Origin: the human T2T-CHM13v2.0 reference genome, Homo sapiens
Length of the DNA stretch: 64,000 nucleotides
Assembly (NCBI RefSeq): GCF_009914755.1
Contig: NC_060927.1
Strand: one strand, 5' to 3'
The notes under the pieces were generated by a model that did no database searches, had not been told where the DNA came from, and saw nothing but the letters and a program-made list of their open reading frames with translations. Below, piece after piece: positions 47,560 through 60,610 of the stretch (within the stretch, counting starts at the first letter, position 1; every line of letters begins with the position of its first letter). The position numbers were made by a program, and so were the translations under genes.

Positions 47560-48068
47560 TCTACAGTAAGCATAATAATATCATATTTCATTGACTCCAA
47601 GATGTGTATTTTGTATATTTGAATAAGAAGTGTTGACTTTTCCTGCACATACATATCAAAACCTGTGGAAAGAATGACAGCAGATTGGAAGAAAACTTTA
47701 GATTCAATAATGGAACATTCTTTTAAGAAACACTGCATCATCAATGCCCTTGTTGACATGGAGAATGATGCTGTGAAGAGACAGACACTGGTGACCTTGA
47801 TTTAAAAAATGATTCAGAAAAGCTGGACTTCTCTGCTTTCCTTTTTTTTCACATGCACAGAAGTAATGTTAGATAAAATATATATATATTATATATATCT
47901 CACTAGGACTGTTTATTAAATAGAGCACTTTTGATCAATATGAAATAAAAATTCTAGTGATAAAGCTCAGTGTTATAGTTTGTCAGCCTGTGCTCACTGT
48001 ACTGGCACATACACAATAGACTGTCGTCTTACAACTGATGACAACTTAGCTTTATGGAAATATGGTAT
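47560..48068 (+). mobile_element. Tigger6/MER97-like DNA transposon fragment
   Basis: Translates to EHSFKKHCIINALVDMENDAV (pogo/Tigger transposase C-terminal-like); ends ...GGAAATATGGTA. Confidence 0.6.
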
Positions 48069-48327
48069 ACCCAGAAAGTAAGGACAACAGAGAGAATTTA
48101 AAGAAGTTAGAAAACTGAGTTGATAAAGGAAGACATACCTGGGTTCAATCTCAGCTCCTTCATTTCCAGTTAACTTTGGACAAATGACCATCCTTCTAAG
48201 TCTCTAAAATGACAATTTTACTTAAGTCATTGAGTAAATTGTGTGGGTTAAATGAAATAATATAGATAAAATGTTTAACACCATATTCGTGCAAGTATTT
48301 CAATACTGCAATAAATGATTGGTATTA

Positions 48328-48644
48328 TAGGCTGAGTATCCCTTATCCAAATGCTTGGGAAACAGAAGTGTTGTGGGTTTTAATTTTGGAATATCGGTAT
48401 ATATAAATTCATATTTGTATGAATTTATGTTTCATGTATGCCTTATACAAATAGCAGGTAACTTTATATAATACTTTAAATATTTTTGTGCATGAAACAA
48501 AGCTTTGACTTTGTTTTCACTGGGACCCATCACATGAGGTCAGGTGTGGAATTTTCCGTTTGTGGTGTCATGATGATCCTCAAAAAGCTTTGGATTTTGG
48601 AGCATTTCAGATTTTGGATTTTTAAATTAGGGATGCTTAACCTG
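48328..48644 (+). mobile_element. Tigger4/MER46 MITE
   Basis: TAGGCTGAGTATCCCTTATCC...TTAGGGATGCTTAACCTG terminal inverted repeats, TA-flanked. Confidence 0.88.
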
Positions 48645-49153
48645 TATTGTTATTATGGTAATAAACAATCAACTGGTAAACAGGAGGAATAAATGACTGT
48701 CAATCAAAAAAGTAGGGCTCTAGGTACTAACATTCTTGGAAACCATTGTCATTAACAGGGATTTCAGACAAGGCTTAAACTGGGAGATTTAAATGCGCAT
48801 ACACTAACCCCAAGACGTACAATTGAACTGCCTCATATGTGGGCAATTATGAAGAATGCTCTAGGATGAATAGTGCTTCATTTAACAGTGGTTAATGAGA
48901 TGCTAGTATGTTACAGATACCTATGCCTTTCTTACTGATTCTCAAACTTAAGATTTCATTTAAAGAAAAAATAATTGTAGGTCTCTGGTGTTGACTTGAA
49001 TCATCTTGTGTTACTTAAATGTATACATATAAAACTAGATGTAAACAATTATAAAGGTCAAATTGAATCAGAGGAAAAATTAAAGCAACACAAAACCAAT
49101 AAAATAAAAAATGACTGCATTTGTTAAATGTAGTTGCAAAGTTGTTTTGCTGA

Positions 49154-49492
<339 letters not shown>

Positions 49493-49527
49493 TGAGCATG
49501 GTTTTGACTGAACAAAAATTCATTTGA

Positions 49528-49900
49528 AGGCAGAGAGTACCATGACAAATACCAGAAGCTGGGAAGGGTGTGGGGGTTGAGGGAAGGATACAGAGAGACT
49601 GGTTAATGGGTACAAACATACAGTTAGATAGAAGGAATATGGCCTAACGTTCAATAGCAGAGTAGGGTAACTATAGTTAATAACAATCTATTGTATCTTT
49701 CAAAATAAATATCTAGAAGAGAGGACTTGAAATATTCCCAATGCAAAGAAATGGTAACTACTTGAGGTGATGGATAGTGCTAAATACCCTGATTTGATCA
49801 TTACACACTATATGCCCATAACAAAATATCACATGTAGCCCATAAACATGTACAAATACCATGTATCAATTTTAAAAGTATAGATGCTCACTTAGAAAAA
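49528..49900 (+). mobile_element. L1MA-type 3' end
   Basis: GGTTAATGGGTACAAACATACAGTTAGATAGAAGGAATA; TSD ATTCATTTGA on both sides. Confidence 0.85.
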
Positions 49901-50212
49901 ATAGATTCATTTGAGATCAGCCCATCTGAAACACTGAGTTGGGTGTGATGAGCCAGTTTCCTATCACATTTCTCTATTTAAACCACAGGAAAACTTTATC
50001 CCTTGTTTGACATACATTTATTAAGTCTGCCTTGATTCGTTTCTCATTATCCTGTAATAAATACAGTGTAGTTCCAATGCAATCATAAAGCTAAATGCAA
50101 ATAAAGACATCACCTTATCCATTGCTTTGAAACATTATCCATTGCTTTGTAACACCACAATACTCAGGGTCTTAAGACAGCAATAATCTCAGTCAGGCCT
50201 CTGCTAACTGTC

Positions 50213-50597
50213 TCCTATGTTTTGGCTCTGTGTCTCCACCCAAATCTCATGTTGAATTGTAATTCTCAATGTTGGGGGAGGGGCCTGGTGGGAGACGATT
50301 GGATCACGGGGGCGGATTTCCCCTTTGCTATTCTCATGATAGTGAGTTTCCACAAGATCTGATGGTTTAAAAGTGTGTGGCACTTCCCCCTTCACTCTCT
50401 CTCCTGCTGCTATGGTAAGATGATAAGATGCATTTCCTTCCCCTTTGCCCTCTGCCATGATTGTAAGTTTCCTGAGACCTTCTAGTCATGCTTCCTGTTA
50501 ATAGCCTGCGGTACTATGAGTCAATTAAACCTCTTTTCTTCATAAGTTACTCAGTCTCAGGTAGTTCTTTACAGCAGCGTGAAAACTGACCAATATA
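50213..50597 (+). mobile_element. MSTA/THE1D-type MaLR solo LTR
   Basis: TTTGGCTCTGTGTCTCCACCCAAATCTCATGTTGAATTG...; TSD CTGTC/CCATC. Confidence 0.9.
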
Positions 50598-52469
50598 CCA
50601 TCATCTTATGAAGGCAGACCATTAGAATCTAGGCGGTTTCAGACTGGCTAGCAGGGCACACTTGACTTACGGTGGGCAAGATATGCATTAGGGCCTCACT
50701 TCCATAAGCAATTCATTTCTCCATCTCTGCAGCTAAGAAGAGTCAGCAAGTGTGGCTCCACTGGTCTTTTTTGGTCTCTAGTCACTGGCAGAGATGATGT
50801 GTATTTCTACTTCCTGCTGACTTTGAAAGGAGCCTTGGCCTGCATGTCCCTGTGTCTGGCAAGCTTTCCTGTCCTTGTATTTCCCAGTTGTCAGTTTAGC
50901 TCCCATGGCTTGAGGGATGGCTCTGCCATCCAGAAAGAAACAGGGAAGGTGAGAGAGGCAAGACCTGTCTTGCCTCCCACAGGCAGTTCAAACACCCTGA
51001 ACTTTTCCTGTCTGCAGGGAGGGCATCTCTTAACCTAGCACCCTTGAATGCTGCCTGGAAGAGGAGGGAAAGGCCTCCAGAGTCCCTGAATGCCAGAGAT
51101 GAACTTTCCTCATTCTGGCCTCTCCCTGTTGTCTTGGGCACAGTTAGCATTATCAGCTTTTGTCTACCTCTTATATTTGAGATAACAATGTTAATGACTG
51201 AGATGTGGCCTGCAATTCACCCATGACATTCCCATAATCCGTGCTGGCTTTTGTATTAGTGAAAGACTCATATTAAAAATACTTAATTGAAACAGCAGAG
51301 GTGTTGACTACTCGGAGTGGATGCTGGCCATTGGGATGGAGCAGGGTCCTGGGGGCCCCCTGCAATGCTAAACATTAACCCTTTAATTGATGAATTGTGG
51401 GGAGGTCAGGAATCATGAGGGGAGAAGGAGATAGTCTCTGGACACTGCAGTTTGCTACCTGGTCTGGAAATACTTTAGAACTTTGCTATCTGTGCATCTG
51501 TACTGGTGATGCCTGTTGAACAACTGGTTATGTGGTGTGGTGTGCATATATCCTAAAACAACAGGGTATGTGCCGAGAAAGAATTGGTGGACCAGGACCA
51601 GATTTCATCATCTAGTGCTTTAACTTGCTGTGTGACTTTGGGGAAGTCATGTCATTCCCTGTACCTCAGCTTTTCCATCATGCTAAGTGATTTTGAGGCT
51701 TCTTCCTAGTTGTAACATTAATTTTCACAATTTTAAAGCCATGATCCAGGCACCATTTTTATTCTTTGCTACAAAGAACAGTCAATATTGTGATTGAGCA
51801 CCTGGGTCCTTCTACTTGGTCTGAGCCCTGCTGAATGATCCAGGGCAAGCTCTGTAAGTTTTCTAGGCCCCATTTGACGTATACCACACAGGATTGTGAG
51901 GGGGGTTAGAGGGGCTGATGCCAGAAAAGTACTCAGTACCTTGCTTGGTCCAGCAACACACAATAGGTGTTAGTTCTTACTAGATTTAATGGCTAGAGTG
52001 GGGTCAAGAGATACAGAACATCGCTCTTCATTTTTCAAGCCCATCCATGAATGCTGAGGTCATTTTTTGAGTACAAGCTGCCGTAGCTCCTGAGTTCCAC
52101 TCCAGGTGTTGATGGAGCATTGAGACAGAGAGGGAGCCATGGCATCGGGCCATGTCCTCGGAGCGTGTGCCAGGCATGGCCCAAGGGCCCATTCTCTGAT
52201 GTCTCAATCTGTTCAGCAGGACTCTACCCCATGCCAACTTTGTCTAAGCCACAGTTTGTTTTGAATTCATGGTGTAGTGAGATGTTCAGCAAAGAATTCT
52301 GCCTTTATTGGAATTTGGAAGTGGTGTTTGTAGGGCTCTCCATTTCAGACATTTTCTTTGTCCATTTGGAGGTGTGATTAGACCAGGGAGTGGTTGAGGG
52401 TCTGGGCAGACCATCTCCCAGTTAGAATTTCCCCTCTAAATTATAATCTGAAGGACATCAGCATGTAAA

Positions 52470-52870
52470 AGAACAATGGAGACTTAGAATTTCAATATAA
52501 GGGAGAATAAATGGACACACTGGTAAATTATAATTCATTGTAAGGTAATTGAAGTCCTAGGAATTTAGTGGCTGATATTGTTCAAGGGTCCAGGAAATGT
52601 GTTGACTTTAGGCTTGGCTGGTTTCAGAACTCTAGGCTTACATTTTGCTAATTTATTAATCCCAGTCAAAAAAAGAACACTTCACATCATTCCAGCAAAA
52701 TCTCAGGTAGAATTCTCATGGGTCCAACTTATGTGTCCTTCTCTGATCCTACTGACAGCAAAGGAAGACAGTGCTCTGGCTGAGCTGAGGCCACAGACCA
52801 TCCCCTTGGGATGATACGGCTGAACATATGCAAATCCAGCAGCTTTCCAGGGAAAAAAGAAAGTGTTAAA
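52470..52870 (-). mobile_element. Old MaLR LTR (MLT1K-like)
   Basis: Degenerate similarity to the 13765-14280 element. Confidence 0.4.
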
Positions 52871-53125
52871 AGGAATTATTAAGTTCCGACTTCCCATACT
52901 AAGAATAGGGGAAAGGCTGGTTACCTCAAAGGAAATTGGAGGGTTTGTTCCTGAAGAAGCCAGTCAAAACCAACAGATCCCATTACAAGCAAGGGTTTAG
53001 AATGAAGGAAGCCATCAACGCACACAGTCCCACCAAAAAATGGGTATCTGGAAACTTTAGTGAAACAGCTGGATAAACCTGGTGTCAATTTTGACAAATC
53101 ACTTTTCCACACTCTTTTCTTACAG

Positions 53126-53412
53126 CAAAGTCCTCGAGGTTCATTCATTCAGGAAGCCTCTGACCAGCCTTTACCATGCGCTGAGTGAGAAGCTGAGGAT
53201 AAGGAAAGAGCAAGACCCCCAAGAAACCCTGATGTCTGGCTGAAAGCCGAAGCATGACGCAACTTTGCTATATTTCTCTCCAACAAGGATTTGTATATTT
53301 TCGCTTTCTCCTCAAGTAACACCTGGACCTGCTCCTTTCCCTTCAAACGCTGAGGGCTCAGTCTCCAAGTTCCTTTATGAAACAGGGTGTACCATCAGAG
53401 ACGCAGGTAAGA
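53126..53412 (+). promoter_or_regulatory. Candidate promoter/first exon (or internal exon) ending in a strong 5' splice site
   Basis: Non-repeat sequence with locally more CpGs; GATAA 53198, ATGACGCAAC 53254, ISRE-like TTTCGCTTTC 53299; donor CAG|GTAAGA at 53406/53407; pyrimidine tract plus AG at 53125. Confidence 0.4.
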
Positions 53413-53814
53413 AACCTGAACTGCGTGGCCTCACATAAACCCCACCACACCTCTGTCCTGGGCTCCTTCCCCGCAACAGGTGTAAAGACAAAAGGCTCAT
53501 TGTCCTTTGGAGCCTATAGGATAAACAGAAAGAACATGTCCTTGCCGGTTAATCTGCCGGTGATAAAGAGTATTGTTTTATCTCCTGCCATCTCCACGTT
53601 CCAAGAGATGAATTCTATTGTGACACAAAGTCTGCTTTGTCCTTCCAACCCACTGAGATGTTTAAATTGGCCTCTCATATATTCCTTGGTTGTCACAATA
53701 AGAGCAATGAGTTGTTATAATGTGTTGAGAGGATCTTTCCCCCATGACAAGGAGACCATCATCTACAGAGATGCTATGATGCTGAGAAATAATGTGCTTC
53801 TCTTCTGCTCTAAT

Positions 53815-54415
53815 TTTTTTTAATTAAGACTTTTATTTTTTGAGCAGTTATAGGTTTAGAGAAAAATTGAAGGGAAAGTACAGAGAGTTCCCATCTTCTC
53901 TCACCCCTTTCATCTCTGTTTCCATACGTTTGCTACAAATGATGAGCCAACAGCCATACGTTATTAACTAAAGTTCACAGTTTACATTAGGGTTCACTCT
54001 TTGCTTGTACATTCTATGGGTTTTGTCAAATATATGATAACCTGTATCCTCCATTATAGTACAATACAGAAGAATCTCACTGCCCTAAAAATCTCCTGTG
54101 TTCCTCCTGTGCATCCCTCCCTCCCATCCCCTGGGGAACCACTGATCTTTTTGCTGGCTCCAGTTTTACCTTTTTCAGAATGTGAGGTAGTTGGGAGTCA
54201 TACAGTATATGTGTATATATATATGTGTATATATATGTGTATATACATATATATATACACATATATATACATATATATATACACATATATATACATATAT
54301 ATATATATAAAAAATAGCCTTTTTAGATGGATGTCTTTCCCATAGCAATATGCATTGAACTTTCCTCCATGACTTTGTGTGGCTCAATAGTTCATTTATT
54401 TTTGTTGCTGAATAG
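53815..54415 (-). mobile_element. L1MC/L1MD-type 3' fragment
   Basis: TTTTGAGCAGTTATAGGTTTAGAGAAAAATTGAAGGGAAAGTACAGAGAGTTCCCAT. Confidence 0.8.
54205..54309. repeat. Compound (TA/TG/CA)n microsatellite
   Basis: Direct inspection. Confidence 0.95.
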
Positions 54416-54459
54416 CTTCTGCTTAATTTTCAAAGTGTTTAATGTAAGAAAGCGGTATA

Positions 54460-54793
54460 GTCCAGGCGCAGTGGCTCAACACCTGTAGTCCCAGCACTCT
54501 GGGAGGCGGAGGCGGTGGATCACTTGAGCCCAGGAGTTTGAGACCAGCCTGGGTAACATGATAAAACCTTGTCTCCATAAAAAATACAAAAATTAGCTGG
54601 AAATGGTAGTGTGCGCTTGTAGTCCCAGCTACTCAGGAGGCTGTGGTGGGAGGATTGCTTAAGCCCAGGAGCTAGAGCCTATAGTGAGCCATGATTGTGC
54701 CACCGCACTCCAGCATGGGTGACAGAGTGAGATCCTGTCTCAGAAAAAAAAAAAAAACAAAAAAAAAAAAACCCAGAAACAACAACAACAAAA
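54460..54793 (+). mobile_element. AluJ
   Basis: CACTTGAGCCCAGGAGTTTGAGACCAGCCTGGG; long A/CAA tail. Confidence 0.92.
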
Positions 54794-57183
54794 CGGCAGT
54801 ATATTTGTCCCCACCCTCATCTCTTCCTTTATGGGTATTTCCCTAATTGTGAGAGATTACCTGTGTTTTAAAAGGTGGCTTACTGTATGCATTGAGAAAA
54901 TTAAATGACATTTCAGACCAGTTCCAAGTACCTTTTGCAAAGCTAGAGAAATAAAAGTGAATTCTAGTATCTCAATCACAGAGTAAAACTAGAGAAGGTC
55001 TGTTGGGCTTCAGGCAACATTGGTGTTCTTGGCAATTTTACCCAGAAGAATTTATATTCCTATAATTAGTATTTCCTCCAAAATTAATGATCGCCTGATT
55101 GATTTATTTCTTTCCTAGCAGCACTGGAGGTCCCACTTACCTAGTTAGTAATAACATTTGCTCTTAATACATGAGTCAGTTTTCTTTTTTCCTTTTTTCT
55201 TTTTCTTTTTTTTTTTACATTTCCAAAACAGAATACCCTGCAGGAAGAATGGGATGGCAGTGGAGGAGCTCTCACTCACATATCATGTAATGTGGGAGGC
55301 AGGGCTATGCGATAGTCATAAAGGGTGCAGGCTTCAGAATCAAAGGAGTGAGGTTGGTGTCCCTGCTTACGCCCTACTAGCTGAGTGTCCTTCAGGTCAT
55401 TTCTCCTCTCTCAGACTCAGTGGACTGTTTCCTAAAGCACAGCTCATAACAGGCTGTACGTGGTAAGACCGTCGGGAAGATGGAAGGAGATCAGTCATCC
55501 CTAGAGAGCATTAAGCACAGTCTCAGCCACAAAACACTTCCTCAAACATGATGCAAGCCACACAGGGCATTTGGCCTGCGTATAAAGGACATACTGAGGA
55601 CAGTGTAGATGCTCAAGAAATTAGTCCTGAATGATCAAGGGGGGAAAGAGAGGGTTAATCTTATCATATGTGGGCTCTCAGAGAACACAGAGCTATAGAA
55701 GGAAGCTGACTTAATAAGGGTCAAGCATGATAGGGGAGATTAGGAACCGTGTGCAATCTAATGGAACCACAGATAACACCTTCTAGTACTTTTTCCCTTT
55801 GGCCCTGCCCCTGCTGAGACAGGGCCACTGCTAATAACTCACATTCTTCTCTTCTCTCCTCTCAAAAAGCCCATTTCCTGAGCAAGTATATGCTTTGGTA
55901 AGGTCATTAGCGGTCAACATGGTTCCCAAGTTTAGTGAATACTTTCAGATAAAACTGAAGGGTACAAAATCACTCTTTCCTCTCTCCCTCTCCTTGTCCT
56001 ACCTCTCACAATAAAACGACTTATCTACTAATTACAAAGACCTCAATAGTGGAAGAAATCCATATCCTACATAACATGGAGAGCTAGCTATATACCCTTG
56101 GCATCAGTTTTTATCCTACTTTTACTTTTTACTGACTTTCATTTACTGAACAAAGCCTCCTTTGCCAAAGGCAGGGTAAATAAACTCAGTCACATCCTGT
56201 CTTCCTTACATCTTTGTTTATCCATAAACTGTCGAAGATACAGATGAAAATCCACTAAAGCATGCTTGAAGCGGTTACACGAAGGCCAAATAAGATGGGA
56301 ATGGAAATGCCTGATGTTAAGGGAAGATACTACCTAAAATGATACTGAGCTGGCCAGTGTAATGACATGAAAACAAAACAAAAAAAAGATAAACAAAAGA
56401 TGACTAACTGCTACAGTTAGGAATGGACTCATTTGTGTAAAGAAGCAGTAATGCAAAAGACATTAACAGCAATATAAGAAAGTGTCTGTATAGTTAGTGG
56501 GAAGAAGATAAAGCTTAGCGATTAAGAGCACAGACGGGAATGAGAGTAGATTTCAAACCTGGCTCCACCTTTTGCCTTTTTACCTTTAACTGGACAACTC
56601 AGTTAACCACGCCAAACCTCAATTTCCACATGTGTAACATGGGATAAATTAATACCTTTCTCAGAGTATTGTTTTTTGAAGATTTGATAACATAAAACCT
56701 ATAAAAAGTACTTAGTGTTTGGCTTCAGGTAGATTTTCATTGAGAGTTAGCTCTTATCTTTAGTATGTTAGTAAGGATCTTGAGGGGTATAGAGCATACA
56801 GTACTATGCAAAATTTACCTCCATAAAACCTGGTTTTTTCCTTCAGAACACCCTGGGAGGTTACGGTTCTGCTAAAAACAGTCTGGGAAATGCTGCTTTA
56901 AATAAACAGAAGACTTTGGGGGAAAGGGGCTGTCTTGAATAGAAAATTAGAAGTTTGACAGTGGTGCTTGTGGCTACTCCTGTAACTTCGGGGCATGAGT
57001 TTTGGGGACAGGATTGATTGCGGCATCAGTACAGTCGTCATTTCTGTGGAGAATCAGATTATGTAGATATCATTGCCACTTAACAGCAGCTTTTCCGGGA
57101 CCCAACTAAAACAAAGACTCCTTGCCCAAGTTGGTCGCAAACTTTGCAAAGGAAACTCTTCTTTTTTGACCCGTATCCAGGTG

Positions 57184-57631
57184 TGAGACAAAATAGCAAA
57201 TGTAAGAATCTATGTTTGGTCATTTCTGCTTTCCAGCATAATTTCACAAAGCCCTTAACTCTGACAACATGCAGCTCTCCGGAGGGACGCTCTGAAGACA
57301 AAACCCACACACCCGCAATGTCTCTTGCCTGAGTCACTATACTCTTTAAGAAGTAAAGGGCCCTAGTCCTTGCCTTTTTTTCCACTCGAGATAACATGGC
57401 CGAGTTAGTAATTACTCTTCTGTAATCTCTACCCAGATGTCTTCTCACCCCCAAACCTTGCCGTGATTTTGCACGTACTGAATATTCACCACCTATATGT
57501 AAACTGTGAATTGAAATACTGCCCTATTATGAACTGAATTAATACCCAGGCTCAGTCTATAGTCCTTGTAAGACTTCTGAATATAGCTAACTCTAATTCT
57601 TTCAAAGCTTGACTTTTTTCTTTAGTCTACA
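57184..57631 (+). mobile_element. ERV1-class solo LTR (MER72-like)
   Basis: TGAGACAAAATAGCAAATG...TTTAGTCTACA; 4-bp TSD GGTG/GGCA; contains AP-1 TGAGTCA near 57330. Confidence 0.7.
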
Positions 57632-59348
57632 GGCAGCAGGCCTCTGTCTTCTCTACCCTACTGCTGGATCAGAATTTCCCCTTGTGTCCCATGAACATAG
57701 AATCCATCACCTGCTCTTTGGGGAGGTACTATGAGCCTGGGAGAAGCATTTTGAGCCTCTCTGGGGAAGAATAAGCTGCATGCAAGGTTATAGGTATTTT
57801 ATGATCTGTTATAGACGGATAATTCAAGGTGCAGGCTCACAGCTTGATTTGTTTTTGTTTTTGTTTTTGTTTTTTAAAGGAAGGTAGCTTAGCAGTGAAA
57901 CTCATTTTCCACAACTCCCAAAGTGGTATTGCAATAAATCTGTGAATTTAATCAGCCTCCTCTGTTGAGGCAATCTCTTCTAATTGGGTTCTTGTGAGGG
58001 ATAATAGACATGATGACAAAAATACTTCATCTCTGGAAAGGAAGCCAGAGTCTCATCAATAATCTTGATAATAAAGATCCCATCCTCCAGAGAAATGGAG
58101 AACAGGCCTCCAGTGCAAACCACAGCACCATGCTCACCCTGTGTTAGGGAATATTTACCTTTTAGGTGATGATTCTGTCTCCCTGCTTCCTGCTTAACAG
58201 CAGGAAAATTAAAACCTTGCAACGTAACTATCTCCAGGACAATATTGGCCAAGTAACTCCGCAGACTACTAAGTGGGTTTCTAGAAGTATTCCAGAAGAT
58301 TGCAATGGAGTCATGGGGAACTGCATTATGAAGAAAACAAAGCTGGAACACAGAATCCAAACTTCATGATTTTGTTTTCTTTCCCTGTCTCTGGCAGGTG
58401 ATTCCCACTCTCCTCTGTCACTCCTGGCAGTTATGGTGGGGCTTAGAGGGGTCCCTGTCTGGAATGTAACACACACTTCTGATGGCTGTCACCTGGCACA
58501 GCAACCCAGTGGATACAGGGAGTACTGGAGCTAGATGCCACCTGCTCCTCAATTATTGGACAAATATGACCTCCAGACCTGGTTTTGTCTGTCCTAGGTG
58601 GATGGGGTGGGGAGAGAGAAATAGAGAGCATCCTTGGAGGCTGACCTTTCCAAGTTGCTCATCCCATTTAAAGGGTTTGGAGAACAATGGCAGATGCATC
58701 CTAAGTTTTTCTATGGAAAATGAGAGAAGCAAAGCAAGGTAATTGAATTAGAAGCAGGGAAAAAAAGAATTTCACAAGGCTGTCATCTGTCCCAGTCCCA
58801 CCCAACATAGCCTGACATTCCTCTACCCTCTTCATTCTCTGCACGAAAACATTCTCGACACATCCCCTCATCCCTCATGGCCGGGCACTGATGGTCAACA
58901 GATCACTTTGGTGATGAACACAGGAACTCACCTATGGTCAGCACCCTCAGGGCCAAAAATGGAGGAAGAACTGTGAAAAATGCCATCTTCCCTGCAAAAA
59001 GTGCCACAAACACTCACCAGTTCAACAAAGAGCTAGTGTGTTTCAACTCCTTAGCCTCAGGCCTCACTAGCCTGTGAATAGGGGCACTGATGGGGCAGAG
59101 ATGCGATAAAATCCCAGCTTCCCTTGTTTCAGTCCCAAGTTGTGGTTTTTCCGTTTCCTCCCACTGGACAGCTTCAGTATGAATTGCTCCCAAAACCAAC
59201 AGTAAAATTTAACCTCCACTCCTTGCAGGAAAAGAAGATCCTCATCTCTTTGGGGAATTTGCTTTTGGTGCAAGTCTTGCTGACCTTGGCATGCCTCTCA
59301 TACACACAAAAGCTGTGGGGCTTTCCAGAGGATGCTCTCATATACACC

Positions 59349-59531
59349 ACAGGCTCCCAACAAAGTGGATCCCTGGACAAGAAGCATCAGCTGCACCTGA
59401 GAAGTCATTAGAAATGCAAATTCTCAGTCTCACACAGCCCTACTAAATCCGAACCCTAAGAGATTTGGCCCAGCAACCTGTGTTTATAACAAGCCTCCAA
59501 GCGATTCCAGTGCACTCTTAGTTTAACACTG
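59349..59531. mobile_element. MER5A hAT MITE
   Basis: AGCATCAGCTGCACCTGAGAAGTCATTAGAAATGCAAATTCTC...AACAAGCCTCCAAG. Confidence 0.8.
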
Positions 59532-59539
59532 ATACACGC

Positions 59540-60190
59540 TGATCATTTCTCCAGTGTGCCTCACACTTTCTTTCTTGTGTATTTGGTCGTTCTGTTCTTT
59601 CCATTCAGCATCCTTCCTCCTTCTGTAACTGACCGACTCCTGTTCAGTCTTTAAAGCCTTCCAAAAAACACCCTCCTATTTGTAAGCCTCCTCTGACACC
59701 ATCCTCTCCACTTAAGCAGAATTAACTGCCCCTTTATTTCTCCTCTGACAATACTTTGGGCATCCATTGATACATTATGTTATAATCATCATGTATGTAT
59801 CTGTTTTCCATACGAGGCTGAGAGGGTGAGAAAATACCTGATTCAGCAAATATTTTATACAAAATATCACAGGCCTACCATTGGGTTAATTCTGGTGATG
59901 CCAAAATAGAATAATAAACTCTGATTAAAAAGTGGGACAGTGCCGTATTTGCCTAATTCATCATTGCATGCCAAGTGAGATTTCAAATCCCTGGCTTAAA
60001 GCCTCCCCCACTGACATATACTAGCTGTGTAACCTTGGGCAAATTATTGAACCTCTTCAAATCTCACGCATCGCAGGGAAATGCTAATAACATTTACCTC
60101 CATGTTTCATCATCATCATCATCATCGCATCCTTAGCAACTTGTATTGTGCCTGATACAGAGAACATGGGTATAAGTGTAAAAACTTTTT
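59540..60190 (+). mobile_element. L2 and MIR relics
   Basis: AAGCCTCCTCTGAC (L2); TACTAGCTGTGTAACCTTGGGCAAATTATTGAACCTCT (MIR). Confidence 0.6.
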
Positions 60191-60434
60191 TAAAAGGTCA
60201 GAGTTCTGGACAGATATACTATAATTCTTGTAGAACTTGACACTCACCCTATGCAAACCTGACTTTACATAAAATGTTTCATAAAACATGCAAAAAGACA
60301 CAGACAACTTTCGTATTGCCTCACTAATTTGCCCAGTAAGAGGGTGATCAATATTGAGAATGCTGCCTGAGTTATTTCGTGGTTGTATTAGGTCTGTTCA
60401 CTCCCCCATCCACTCTCACCACCTTTAAACTATG

Positions 60435-60610
60435 ACTCTGGTTTGCAAACTTGGTTTCACACGAGAATCACCTGGGAAGCTTTAAAAACAAATCCTGATG
60501 CCTGTGTCTTGCCCTGAAAGAGTCAGATATATTAATAATTAACACGGGGAATGGCTTGGGCATGGGATCCCCAGGTGACTCCAATGTCCAGCTGTAGGTT
60601 TAAACCACTG
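60435..60610. mobile_element. MER5-family MITE
   Basis: AGAATCACCTGGGAAGCTTTAAAAA...CCCCAGGTGACTCCAATG...AACCACTG. Confidence 0.7.

Noticed and set aside
50115-50155. 20-bp tandem duplication TTATCCATTGCTTTG(A/T)AACA
   Set aside because: Ordinary slippage-type tandem duplication at the end of a decayed MLT1 fragment.
53377-53823. 148-aa ORF as an unspliced CDS
   Set aside because: It reads through a consensus splice donor after codon 10, has no recognisable domain, and ends in an L1 T-tract.
54001-54387. ORFs with YI/IY repeats
   Set aside because: Translation of the (TA)n microsatellite.
58370-58745. Possible exon (pyrimidine tract plus CAG at 58397; AG|GTAATT near 58738)
   Set aside because: Splice motifs alone are too common, with no coding signal or other support.
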